A stretch of 64,000 nt of DNA from Verrucomicrobiales bacterium (GTDB taxonomy: Bacteria; Verrucomicrobiota; Verrucomicrobiia; Verrucomicrobiales; SLCJ01), in NCBI GenBank assembly GCA_046075565.1, contig JBJTQJ010000025.1, positions 73,326-137,325 on the forward strand, in the 5' to 3' direction. The notes beneath the pieces were generated by a model, which did not search any database, was not told where the DNA came from, and saw nothing but the letters and a program-made list of their open reading frames with translations. Position 1 is the first letter of the stretch. Every line of letters starts with the position of its first letter. Positions 7,535 through 17,420 of the stretch are shown here, one piece after another. The position numbers and the translations under genes were made by a program.

Positions 7535-10021
7535 CTATTTGATCAACACTTCGCGAGGTTTCGCGCCTTCGCCGGGACCGACGTAGCCGCGTTGTTCCAG
7601 CAGATCCATCATTCGGGCGGCCCGTGTGTAACCGAGACGCAAACGCCGCTGGAGCAACGAGGTGGATGCACGCTTTTCCTGGATGATGACTTCCACGCAC
7701 TTCTGCAGCATTTCTTCATCCTCGTCGCTCACTTCCTCGCCATCATCGGAGTCACCGCCGGCGAGCACCTCTTCGATGCGGGTCTCGAATTTCTGTTCCC
7801 CTTGGCTGGAACAATGGTGGACCATACGATGCACTTCCTCGTCCGTTATGAAGGCGCCTTGGCAACGCAGGAGTTGCGCCGTGCCCGGCGGGAGATAGAG
7901 CATGTCGCCTTTGCCGACGAGTTTCTCCGCGCCATTCGCATCGAGGATGACCCGTGAATCGATACCCGAGGAAACTTGGAAGGCGATGCGGCTTGGGATG
8001 TTCGCTTTGATCACGCCGGTAATGACCGTTGAACGCGGCGTCTGGGTCGCGATGATCAAATGGATGCCGGCAGCACGGGCCTTCTGGGCGATTCGTGCGA
8101 TCAACATTTCAACATCCGCCGAAGCCGTCTGCATGAGGTCAGCCAACTCGTCGATGATGACCACGATGTAGGGGATCCGCTCTGGAATCGCTTCCTCTTC
8201 CGGTTCCGGTTCTTCATCAAAGTCCGGGCCGAACAGTTCTCCATCCTCGAGGGCGCGGGCCACGGATTCAATGGCTTCCTCATCCACTTCTTTGGATTCT
8301 TCTTCCGGTTCCGGTTCGGGCTCGACCGCCTTTTTCTCTTCTTGCGGTCGGTTGTTGAAGGAATCGAAGTTTCGCACTTTGACTTTGGCGAAAATCCGGT
8401 AGCGCCGTTCCATCTCAATCACCACCCAGCGCAGCGATTGAATCACCTTCTTCGCATCCGTTACCACCGGAGCGACGAGGTGAGGAAGTGTGTTGTATTC
8501 CGCCATCTCCACGACCTTCGGGTCCACCATGATCAACCGCAGCTCATCCGGCGTGAATCGGAACAACATCGACGCGATGATCGAGTTGAGACAGACCGAC
8601 TTACCCGAACCAGTGGAACCAGCCACGAGCAAGTGCGGCATGGCCGCGAGATCGCCCACGATGACATTCCCATACACATCCTTGCCGAGGGCGAGCGGGA
8701 TCTTTTTCTTCGACGAGGTGAACGCCGGATCCTCAAGCAACTCGCGCAGGGGCACCAGCACCTTCTTCGAATTCGCAATCTCGATGCCGACGGTATCCTT
8801 ACCGGGAATGGGCGCGATGATGTGGATGCGTTCAGCGCGGGTGGCCCGCGCGATATCGGCTTCAAGGGCGGCGATGCGGCTCACACGCAGGCCGGCCGTG
8901 GGATAAATTTCGTAGCGGGTGACGGTGGGGCCGCGGGTGATGTCGCCCGGTTTCACCATGATGCCGAACGTGGCCAATGTGTTGATGATGGTTTCCTGCG
9001 CGGCGATCAGCTCGTTTTTGTCGGCGGGCGTGTTGCCGGTCGGATCGCTCCAGTCGAGGATTTCCAATGTCGGCGTGGTGTAGCCGGGGAATTGCGCGCT
9101 CTCGAGTGGCTGCGGTTTCTTCTCCGGGAAGAGCACCGATCGTCCCGCCGGTTTTGTGGGTTGGCGGACGGACGAGTCAATGATCCGGCGCTCCGGCGCG
9201 AATTCGAGCGGTAATTCCGCCGGGACCGCTTCCGGCTCGGCCGGGGCGGGAATGACCACATCTTCCGGCAGGGGATCCTTCACCCGGCGCTGGCGTGTAG
9301 CTTTCGCAGGCGGGGGAGGCATCACGGGAGGAGCGACGGGCTGCGATGCCGTTTCTCGCTCGGCTTCCTCGCGGGCAAGTCGACGCTCTTCCAGCTTGTC
9401 AGCGAGCCCGCGTTTGCTCATTCTTGCGAATTGCCATGGGTGAATACCCGTGAAGAGCGGCAAAGCAACCAGATAAATCCCCACCAAAATCAGGATGGCA
9501 CCGACCTGTCCGAGCAGGCTCTCGAGCACCATCCCGCCGATGGCTTTGCCGAAGAATCCCCCGGGCGAATCCCCGAGTTGGTTGTAAATCGTGCCGTCGC
9601 CGTGCAGGAAAAGCCGCTGCACATGCAGCAAAGCCGCCGAACTGAGCAGCAGCAATCCCCAGCCCAGGAGCATTTTGCCCTGTTCGCGGCTGAGGCCCAT
9701 CAACCGACTCAAGCCCAGCCAGGCCATCCCAGCCGGCAAGAGATAAGCCGCCGCCCCGAATAGCAAATAGGCCCCAAGGGCCAGCACCGCCCCCACCGGA
9801 CCGATGAAATTCCTCGCTGGATGGTGCGGCTCGGCCAGGCTATTAAAACGAGTCCATGCCGGGAGGTCGCCGGCATCGAAGGAAATCAGGGCCAGGAAGA
9901 CCGCCAACGCGAAGATGCACAGCAGCACCGCGAAGATTGCACCTCGCTTCGGATGTTCGTCGGGACCATCCTCCTCCTCGAGTGGACGGGGATGGCGGAA
10001 GGTGTTCCTCGATGGTGCCAT
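7535..10021 (-). CDS. ftsK: DNA translocase FtsK
   Basis: N-terminal TM helices, Walker A GSTGSGKS, IIDELADLM, gamma domain STSLLQRRLRLGYTRAAR. Start is ATG 10021 or GTG 10045. Confidence 0.98.
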   Translation of the reverse strand: MAPSRNTFRHPRPLEEEDGPDEHPKRGAIFAVLLCIFALAVFLALISFDAGDLPAWTRFNSLAEPHHPARNFIGPVGAVLALGAYLLFGAAAYLLPAGMAWLGLSRLMGLSREQGKMLLGWGLLLLSSAALLHVQRLFLHGDGTIYNQLGDSPGGFFGKAIGGMVLESLLGQVGAILILVGIYLVALPLFTGIHPWQFARMSKRGLADKLEERRLAREEAERETASQPVAPPVMPPPPAKATRQRRVKDPLPEDVVIPAPAEPEAVPAELPLEFAPERRIIDSSVRQPTKPAGRSVLFPEKKPQPLESAQFPGYTTPTLEILDWSDPTGNTPADKNELIAAQETIINTLATFGIMVKPGDITRGPTVTRYEIYPTAGLRVSRIAALEADIARATRAERIHIIAPIPGKDTVGIEIANSKKVLVPLRELLEDPAFTSSKKKIPLALGKDVYGNVIVGDLAAMPHLLVAGSTGSGKSVCLNSIIASMLFRFTPDELRLIMVDPKVVEMAEYNTLPHLVAPVVTDAKKVIQSLRWVVIEMERRYRIFAKVKVRNFDSFNNRPQEEKKAVEPEPEPEEESKEVDEEAIESVARALEDGELFGPDFDEEPEPEEEAIPERIPYIVVIIDELADLMQTASADVEMLIARIAQKARAAGIHLIIATQTPRSTVITGVIKANIPSRIAFQVSSGIDSRVILDANGAEKLVGKGDMLYLPPGTAQLLRCQGAFITDEEVHRMVHHCSSQGEQKFETRIEEVLAGGDSDDGEEVSDEDEEMLQKCVEVIIQEKRASTSLLQRRLRLGYTRAARMMDLLEQRGYVGPGEGAKPREVLIK

Positions 10022-10143
10022 GGGGGCTGGAATAATAAAGCTCACCGAACCATCATGGTAGTAAAAATATCCCGCAAGGCAAAGCCGGGATTTTTCGAAT
10101 TTTGAGAACTTTTACCAATCCGGAGAATTTTCGACCGCGTCTC

Positions 10144-10680
10144 TCACCTCTTCCCGCTGATCGGTCTTCTCGATTCGACAAGCAATCGTGAACGCCGGTC
10201 ACGGCGGAGGGTGAACCGTTCGCGCAGGACACCGCGGGGTTTGTCTCCATGTTCGACCTCGATGGTGACCATCATGGGGAGGGCCTGGAAAGAAAGCACC
10301 CGGAAGAGAGGCGTGCGACGGGACCGGAGGAAGCAATGGAAAGGCACATCCTCATGGCGGGCATTCCAGAGGAAACCCGAAGGCGGAAAGTCGGATTCCT
10401 CGGAGAGGGCGGCGAAGGTTTCCCGCAGGATTTCCTCACCGTGTTCGCGCGCGAGTTTGGCGGCCTCGCGGCGGTTGAGGGCTTCTTCGATGGCGGCGGC
10501 GGGTCCGAGCCGGCGCGACTCGGCGATTTCGACGAGCAGGAACCGGGCGTGCGCGTCGATGGCGGCATGCAACTCTCGCCGGCTGATTTTTCCCAAATCA
10601 TACATCCGGAAGAGTTGGGCGGGGGTCGGCGGGGAGCGGAGCATCACGGCGGCGACAACAATACGCGGTTCAGGCATCCA
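10144..10680 (-). CDS. Hypothetical protein
   Basis: Helical protein-like ORF co-oriented with and overlapping the end of the M14 peptidase; start uncertain (10704/10680/10644). Confidence 0.65.
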   Translation of the reverse strand, partial: WMPEPRIVVAAVMLRSPPTPAQLFRMYDLGKISRRELHAAIDAHARFLLVEIAESRRLGPAAAIEEALNRREAAKLAREHGEEILRETFAALSEESDFPPSGFLWNARHEDVPFHCFLRSRRTPLFRVLSFQALPMMVTIEVEHGDKPRGVLRERFTLRRDRRSRLLVESRRPISGKR

Positions 10681-11449
10681 TGGCGCTTTCGACGGCGCGA
10701 ACAAACGCGGCCTGCGCGAGCACGCGGCGGTAGAGCGAAAACTCCGAGGGCGTCTCGAAGGTCAGCACTTGCCAGGCCCAATGGGTGTAAAGGGAAAAGG
10801 CCTCCGGCCATCCATCCATCCGGGGCAAGGCGGCGCGGCGAATCAATCCATCCTCGGCGGCCCGGCCTTCGATAACGTGGCGCGGATCATTCGGGATGTG
10901 CACGGTGGCGGCATCCATTGTCTCGCGTGCGAAGGCGCGGCGTCTGCGCCGGTAGAGTTCATAACAATAGTTGCCGCGCGCGTCGAAATCCTCGTGCAGA
11001 CAAACGGCGGTGTGGAACCAGCCTTCCGGGGTGTAACGCTCAAGCACACGTTCCCAGCGACGCACCAACGCGGGCATGGGGCTGGTGAAGGTCCGGTTCA
11101 GATCGCGGCCCCGGCGATCCTCGCGGCGATTGTGGACGAGACCCCATGGATTGAGGCAGGGAAAAATGAGCAACGGACGCTTCTGGCAGGCGAGGCGCAG
11201 GCGCGCCCATTCGATCAGGCCCCACACCGATGCCGGTTCGTCGCCGTGAATGCCCGCGCTCAGGTAGAGGCCGGGCTGGTCTGGATCACCCTCCTTGGCC
11301 ACCCAGATCACGGGAAAACCACCATCGGCGGCGAAGACTCCGATCTCAGCGCCCGCGTCGGAGGCCAGCACGCGCCATGCTTCAACCACGCCGCGATAGT
11401 CATGCGCGCGGTGGCGGGCGAGAAAATGATCTTCTTTGCGGGCGGGCAT
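10670..11449 (-). CDS. M14-family zinc carboxypeptidase (MpaA/desuccinylase-like)
   Basis: GIHGDE, NPWG, DLNR, LHED and FETP motifs; 12 bp downstream of mpl. Confidence 0.85.
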   Translation of the reverse strand: MPARKEDHFLARHRAHDYRGVVEAWRVLASDAGAEIGVFAADGGFPVIWVAKEGDPDQPGLYLSAGIHGDEPASVWGLIEWARLRLACQKRPLLIFPCLNPWGLVHNRREDRRGRDLNRTFTSPMPALVRRWERVLERYTPEGWFHTAVCLHEDFDARGNYCYELYRRRRRAFARETMDAATVHIPNDPRHVIEGRAAEDGLIRRAALPRMDGWPEAFSLYTHWAWQVLTFETPSEFSLYRRVLAQAAFVRAVESAMDA

Positions 11450-11461
11450 GCGATGGAAAAA

Positions 11462-12847
11462 TCAGAGACGCGCGAGCAGCTTGCCGTGGATACCACCGAA
11501 GCCGCCATTGCTGAGGACAAGCAAGACATCCCCATCGCGGGCAGCGGGCGCGACGCGCTCGACGATGGCATCAGCTCCACCCTCCAGCCAAGCCGGAATG
11601 CCGCGTATGGAAATCGATTCCACAAGGGCTCCGGGATCGAGGCGTTCGTCCTCCGGCACCTTGCCCGGATCCTCGACACGCGATATCACGGCGAGGTCTG
11701 CTCCTGCCACGGCATCGGCCAATTCGTTTTGGAAGACCTTGCGGCGGGTCGTGTTCGAACGCGGCTCGAAGATGGCCCACAACCGAGAACCAGGAAAACG
11801 CTGCCGCATGCTCGCGATGGACAGACGAATGGCGGTCGGATGATGGGCGAAATCATCGATCACCGAGACGCCATTTTTCACGCCGCGCAATTCCTGGCGT
11901 CGACCGACGCCATTGAATCCATCAAGAGCTTCTTGGATCTGCACATCGGTCAATCCCGCGTGCCTCGCGGCGGCGGCGGCCATGGCGGCATTCCGGATGT
12001 TGAATTCGCCATCCATGGGCACGGTGAAGACGGCTTCCCCGAGTCGGAAAGTTCCGCGTCCGGGCGCTGCTTCGTTCATGATGATGCGGTCGGTATTGTT
12101 TTCCCCGAAGCCGACCGATCGCACGGGAGCCGGGGACTGGGCCGTGACTTCGAGGCAGTTGGCGTCGTCGCCATTGATGATGACCAGTCCCCCGCGCGGA
12201 ACAACGCGCAGCAGACGCGAGAAGGTCAGTTTGACATCATCGATGGATTTATAAATATCGACGTGATCGAACTCGATGTTGTTCATCACGACCACTTCCG
12301 GCAGGTAGTGGAGGAACTTCGAGCGTTTGTCGAAGAACGCGGTGTCGTATTCATCGCCCTCGAGCACTGTCCATGGTGAGTCGGTGAAACGCGCGCCCAT
12401 GCCGAAGTTGCGCGGCATGCCACCGATGAGGAAACCCGGCTCACGCCCGGCATGCTCGAACATCCACGCCAGCATGCTCGTGGTCGTTGTCTTTCCGTGT
12501 GTGCCGCAGACCACGTAGTTGTGTTTGCCAATCAGGAAAAACCTCCGCAGCGCCTCCGGTAGCGATAGGTAGTCCATTTTCCGATCCAGCATGGCCTCGA
12601 CTTCCGGATTGCCGCGGCTGAGCGCGTTGCCAACCACCACCAGAGTGCCTTCGGGCGGAAGATTGGCCGGGTCATAGCCATCAAACAACCGGATGCCCGT
12701 GGTGCGCAGGAAATCCGACATGGGGGGATAACATTGGGCGTCGGACCCCGTGACTTGCCAGCCCCGGCGGGCCATGGCCGCCGCCACGGCCCCCATGGCC
12801 GTGCCGCAGACCCCGATAAAATGAATGGCGTTCGCGCCGTTTTGCAT
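11462..12847 (-). CDS. mpl: UDP-MurNAc:L-Ala-gamma-D-Glu-mDAP ligase Mpl
   Basis: GVCGTAMG, GTHGKTTT, EGDEYDTAFFDKRSKF, DDFAHHPTAI, EPRSNT, SNGGFGG. Confidence 0.95.
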   Translation of the reverse strand: MQNGANAIHFIGVCGTAMGAVAAAMARRGWQVTGSDAQCYPPMSDFLRTTGIRLFDGYDPANLPPEGTLVVVGNALSRGNPEVEAMLDRKMDYLSLPEALRRFFLIGKHNYVVCGTHGKTTTTSMLAWMFEHAGREPGFLIGGMPRNFGMGARFTDSPWTVLEGDEYDTAFFDKRSKFLHYLPEVVVMNNIEFDHVDIYKSIDDVKLTFSRLLRVVPRGGLVIINGDDANCLEVTAQSPAPVRSVGFGENNTDRIIMNEAAPGRGTFRLGEAVFTVPMDGEFNIRNAAMAAAAARHAGLTDVQIQEALDGFNGVGRRQELRGVKNGVSVIDDFAHHPTAIRLSIASMRQRFPGSRLWAIFEPRSNTTRRKVFQNELADAVAGADLAVISRVEDPGKVPEDERLDPGALVESISIRGIPAWLEGGADAIVERVAPAARDGDVLLVLSNGGFGGIHGKLLARL

Positions 12848-12999
12848 GCCCGGTATTCAAACCCCGGCAAGGCCCACCGGCAAGGGGAAAGGCGGGGCTT
12901 GCCTAGGGTCACCACAAATAAACCGCATTTCCGGGCAGCCTGCCACTCGGCCCAGAAAGCAGATATTGATCCCAGGCGATTGCCAGCCATGCTTCGGCC

Positions 13000-14052
13000 A
13001 TGGCCATCCACATCATCGTGCCACCCGAAAGCCGCGAACGCGCGGAGGAGCTGCGCGGCCGATTGCTGGCCGGTAGCACCATACCCGGCGCCCGGCTATC
13101 GGAGAAGCTAGGCACCGGGCCACCACCGGGCGACACCCCCGATTTCCTGCTCCGGCTGATCGCAACAAAAATGCCGAGGATCTTCGCGGAAAGTGAAATC
13201 AGCGGTGATGGCAGCGACTGGACACAGGAAGAGCTTCGTTTGTTAGGCGATGTTTCGGTGGCCGTAGATACGACCATCTTCGATGATGGCCGCCACCACT
13301 CGCCCCGTGTACATGAGAGGCGGTTCGGGGGCATGCTGGTTTTCACGCCGGGAGCGCTGTTGCGTGGCAATGGCATTTCACCACCTTGCGATCTCGCTGA
13401 AGTAACCGACTCCGCCGGGAACTTGGACGAGGATGCATTCACCGGCCTTTACCTCCGCCGCCTCAGCCCGGTTTTCGATTTCATTCATCATCGTGCTCTC
13501 GCTTTTGGCCAACGCGCTCTCGTTACCATGCCGGGACTTGGCTGCGGGCAATTTGCCGGGCGATTTGCCGGGAGGCTCGGGGCCATGCTTGGTCGCGCCC
13601 TTCACCACATCCTTTTGGTGAATGCAGCTAAATGGCCTGGCCTCGGCGCTGTTTATTACGATCCCTATTCCGAGGGGAAGAACGAACGTCATCGTATCGG
13701 AGAGACGGACTTTCTCATCCGCCCCTTGTGCCATGGAAACGAAGACAAGCCGCAGCTTTGTCCGCCGGAAAGTTATGCAGAAGCCGGAGATGATTTTTCC
13801 GGATTTCTTTTCCACGGCATCGTGGCATGGGACCATGTCTCCTGGCCCGGCAATGACTTCTGGGGAGGCGCTCGCGCGACGGATGACGGAGTCAAAGCCG
13901 CCGCGACCGATGTAATGAAATCCCTCACCGGAGTCGAAGGTTCCTACGATCCCGCGACCCATACCTACAAGCCACCGGGTCCTTGGCGAACCTGGGAAGA
14001 AGTCGCCAGTGCACACCACCCGGAATGGTGGCGAACGAATCTAAACCCCTAA
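13000..14052 (+). CDS. MavL-like macrodomain, putative ADP-ribosylhydrolase
   Basis: PGLGCGQFAG macro/PARG-type pyrophosphate loop; IFAES; AWDHVSWPGNDFWGGARATDDGVKAA matches the MavL catalytic loop as I recall it. Confidence 0.7.
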   Translation: MAIHIIVPPESRERAEELRGRLLAGSTIPGARLSEKLGTGPPPGDTPDFLLRLIATKMPRIFAESEISGDGSDWTQEELRLLGDVSVAVDTTIFDDGRHHSPRVHERRFGGMLVFTPGALLRGNGISPPCDLAEVTDSAGNLDEDAFTGLYLRRLSPVFDFIHHRALAFGQRALVTMPGLGCGQFAGRFAGRLGAMLGRALHHILLVNAAKWPGLGAVYYDPYSEGKNERHRIGETDFLIRPLCHGNEDKPQLCPPESYAEAGDDFSGFLFHGIVAWDHVSWPGNDFWGGARATDDGVKAAATDVMKSLTGVEGSYDPATHTYKPPGPWRTWEEVASAHHPEWWRTNLNP

Positions 14053-14088
14053 ATCACCGGCCTGACAGCCCGCTCGAGAGGATCCCCA

Positions 14089-17000
14089 TTACTCGAAGCG
14101 GCAAATGGCCTCAATTCCGGCGGCCGAGCCGTCGCGTAACCAGCCATCGAGTTGCGATTGATCCTTGAGTTGCTGGCCACGCGGGCGGGGCACGGCGAGG
14201 AAGCGGACTGCGGCATCGGGCAAAGTGGTCATGTCGCCCCAAAGCTTCTCGAACTGCGCCACCGGCAGGATGTCTTCTTGTCCATTGCCCCAGCGTTTCT
14301 TCACATCCTTAAGGGTCACATAAGTCGGCATACGTGCGGCCAGGGCCCGCACCCCGGCGGTCACGGCGTCGGCATCACCGAGCGACGCTCGATCGAGTTC
14401 GAAGAGGGCGAGCATCCGGTCGATGTGGATCCAGTTGGTGGCAGAGTTATAAAAGGTGAGTTTGAATTCGTCGTCGTCGCGCGCCATGGCGAGTCCTTCG
14501 ACCAAACGCAATTGCCCGTTGATGCGGGCGAGACCGCCGCCCCGGTCTTCGATGCGTCGGCGGATCACTTCGACACTCAAGGCCGCGCCTTCGAGAATGT
14601 GGCGGCCGAAGACTGTCGGATCGAGGTTCGCGCCGAGCGTGTCGATGTTGTGCAATAACAAATGCTCGAGGCGCGGGTTTTCCTTCACCATCGCGGCGAG
14701 TGTGCCATTGAGCAGAAGATTGGCGATCTCATACCAATGCCCGACTGGGTGCAGGCATTGCAAGGGCACATTGTCGGTGTAATCGCTGGCTTCACCATTT
14801 TGAATCGCCCAGTCGATAAGCGCCTTTTGCAAGCTGCGCCGGTTTTTCTCCTTCTGCGGATCGAGCTGTTGGTGCGCGACTTCTTCAAAAGCAAAGCGCA
14901 GGTCACGCGCCGTCGGAACCATACGCAAGCCGATGGATCGCCCCGGCGAAAGGATAACCTGACCGCCGTAGCCGAACTGCTCGTGTGTATCAAGGAACTC
15001 GCGGGTCGGCCCCTGCGTGAGGAAACTCGTGGTGAACACATGCGCCGGCAGACAGCCGTATTCCATGCCGATAGCCCGGCTCTTTGCCAAATGGGTCTCG
15101 AGGAAACTGCGGTGGCGGCCGGACAACTTCGCGAATGGATGCAAGGCCTTGACCGTGCCCGCGCCCTGGGTCCAGCGGCTCCCGGCTCCGGCGGCGAGTG
15201 TCACGACGGCAATCCGGCCTTCCGACAAGGCTTGCTCGCCGATGCGTTTGGCTTCCTCATCGGCATGGTAAAGTGAAACCACATCTCCCTCGCGCGCATC
15301 TTCCACGGTCGTGGTGACCGGCAATCGATTCTGGGCCAAGCCGATGCGCCCGGACCGCAGATCCTCGCGGATGCGTTCGTGCTGCACGGCATCAAATCCC
15401 TGTGCGGCCAACAACTCGGCGAGGTTGCCCTGTGGTTCGCCGCCTTTGCGTTCGGCGGGCGGGAAAATCCGGTGGATCAACGGGCCAACCAACGGGCGTT
15501 CACCCGCCATGAGGCTGCGTTCGGCGAAAGCATCCATCTCCTGGCGCGTTGTCGCCTTGAGCGTGCGCGGATCCTGGCGAAGCCAACGCGGCACCATCAT
15601 CAGATAATACTCCGAAGACAACATGGCTTCACTGCCAGTTAGGAGAACGGAGGTCGATCCATTCTCATTGATGGTGAAATCATAGACCACAGGATCCATG
15701 GCGAAAGGCAATGCATTCTCCAGTTCACCTTTGCTGCGCCGCATGATTTCCAGAATGGCGGCGCGGGCCGATGCCTTTTGCGCGGGATCAACCCAGAAGC
15801 CCATGCCGCCGCCGGACATGCCCCCGAGCATGACGAAACCACGGAAGGCGTCGCCGAGCGCTTCCTTCGCGCGTGCGATGAGCCATTCGGTGTAAGCGTT
15901 GCTCGCCCACGGGATGATGGCTTGCAGCGGACCGAAGAAATTGCGGGTGGTGAGTTCGGCCACACGATCCACTTCACCTGCTTGCAAGGCATTGACGATC
16001 CCATGCAGGATTTGCTGCGCTTCCAATCGTGCCTCCCACTCCTTTTCCAGTTTGAGCAGGTATTTCTCCGTCACCATCTCGAGAATGGGGCCGACATTCT
16101 GCGACATCCCGCCGTGCACGAGGATCAAGCTGTCCTGCAATTGCTGGCGCGTTTCCGGAGAAATGCGATCCTGCCCAAACAAAGTATGGCGTGGCAACAA
16201 ACGGCCGCGGCTGATACCGCATTCGGTATCACCATCAACCGCCGCCTCGCCTTGGATCAACTTGATGCCCGGCCAGACCCCGCCGGAGTCCTGCCATCCG
16301 CCGCCAGAACCACCCAGCCATTCGCCAAGAATGGCGCGGCTCGCGATGGTGCGGCGTTCATCTTCGCTCAGTCCGCCGGTCAGGCTTTCCGTCTGCCCGC
16401 TTGCCCGCATACAGAGCGCGATGAGGCATCCTAACAAATTGGTCGACACCGCCAGGCGCGAACCCTTCGGGATATCGCGCACCTGGGAAACAATTTCCAG
16501 GCCCTTGCCGGGTCCGCAGAGCGCGGCCAGCACATCCGACAAGGCATGACCAGAGCCCTCCATGGCTGATGGGATGATGCCGGAGGCAATGACGGCCGCC
16601 TTGAGCAGCCCGAGGTAATCCTTGGCAAAGTCGAACAAATCATCCAGCGAATCGACATCGGCAATGGCCCCGAGATCGACGCTGGCCAACCGCAGCACTG
16701 GCTCATCGATCACGCGCAGGTAAGCACCGACCGGCGGCAAGGTCGAGGTATCGCGACCGTGCACACCGAGATCGACGGAGATATTGAGCACCTTGGCTCC
16801 CTCCGGATAATCCATGCCAAGGAAAAAGATATCCGACCAAGCGGCATGACTCAGGTCCATACGCACCGAGGTTTGCTCGCGCAGCACCGGATACACGCCG
16901 TGTGCGCCGCCGCTTTGCAAAAGCTCCGGGCGCAGGCGCAAGGGATAGTCGGAAGGATGCCCGGTGCGGAACATCCATTGGTTTCCCTTCACCTTGCGCA

Positions 17001-17406
17001 CGGTTTTCTGCACCTGCTGGGCGAGAGTCTTGAATGCCAATCCATGATAGGCGGAGGCCAGCGCGCTGCTGAGCGGGTCACTCGCTCCTTGGATGCGCTG
17101 GTGCTCCAGATAAACAGAAATGGCTTCCTCGAACCGCCGCGAGAGGCAAAGCTCGTGGCCTTCGTAAGGAATGGTCCCGGTGGTGTCGGCCGGATAATGA
17201 GGAGGCAAAAAATATCGATGGATCGCTTCGAGGAAAAAGATGGCGCGGACGCGATGATAGAAGTTTCCCGCTTCGAGGCGGAAAGACTCGAAGGCGTCGG
17301 CCATCGCCTCCAAACCGGATCGATCCGACGATCGACAGAGGGCTTCGAATGATATCCCGTCGGCGGCGTTTCCTTCCACCAGGGATTGCAGGCGTGGGTC
17401 CAACAT
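14089..17406 (-). CDS. Fused GHMP-family sugar kinase / UDP-sugar pyrophosphorylase-like protein
   Basis: Kinase half: VRMDL, PKGSRLAVS, GGGWQD, LGGMSGGG. Transferase half: TLAAGAGSRW, HPVGH, HNIDTLG, QFEK, QLKD. Confidence 0.8.
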   Translation of the reverse strand: MLDPRLQSLVEGNAADGISFEALCRSSDRSGLEAMADAFESFRLEAGNFYHRVRAIFFLEAIHRYFLPPHYPADTTGTIPYEGHELCLSRRFEEAISVYLEHQRIQGASDPLSSALASAYHGLAFKTLAQQVQKTVRKVKGNQWMFRTGHPSDYPLRLRPELLQSGGAHGVYPVLREQTSVRMDLSHAAWSDIFFLGMDYPEGAKVLNISVDLGVHGRDTSTLPPVGAYLRVIDEPVLRLASVDLGAIADVDSLDDLFDFAKDYLGLLKAAVIASGIIPSAMEGSGHALSDVLAALCGPGKGLEIVSQVRDIPKGSRLAVSTNLLGCLIALCMRASGQTESLTGGLSEDERRTIASRAILGEWLGGSGGGWQDSGGVWPGIKLIQGEAAVDGDTECGISRGRLLPRHTLFGQDRISPETRQQLQDSLILVHGGMSQNVGPILEMVTEKYLLKLEKEWEARLEAQQILHGIVNALQAGEVDRVAELTTRNFFGPLQAIIPWASNAYTEWLIARAKEALGDAFRGFVMLGGMSGGGMGFWVDPAQKASARAAILEIMRRSKGELENALPFAMDPVVYDFTINENGSTSVLLTGSEAMLSSEYYLMMVPRWLRQDPRTLKATTRQEMDAFAERSLMAGERPLVGPLIHRIFPPAERKGGEPQGNLAELLAAQGFDAVQHERIREDLRSGRIGLAQNRLPVTTTVEDAREGDVVSLYHADEEAKRIGEQALSEGRIAVVTLAAGAGSRWTQGAGTVKALHPFAKLSGRHRSFLETHLAKSRAIGMEYGCLPAHVFTTSFLTQGPTREFLDTHEQFGYGGQVILSPGRSIGLRMVPTARDLRFAFEEVAHQQLDPQKEKNRRSLQKALIDWAIQNGEASDYTDNVPLQCLHPVGHWYEIANLLLNGTLAAMVKENPRLEHLLLHNIDTLGANLDPTVFGRHILEGAALSVEVIRRRIEDRGGGLARINGQLRLVEGLAMARDDDEFKLTFYNSATNWIHIDRMLALFELDRASLGDADAVTAGVRALAARMPTYVTLKDVKKRWGNGQEDILPVAQFEKLWGDMTTLPDAAVRFLAVPRPRGQQLKDQSQLDGWLRDGSAAGIEAICRFE

Positions 17407-17420
17407 GATTCCGGAGTGGG

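Noticed and set aside
10211-12379. 722-aa plus-strand ORF
   Set aside because: Antisense shadow of mpl, the M14 peptidase and the hypothetical gene; no motifs; expected at high GC.
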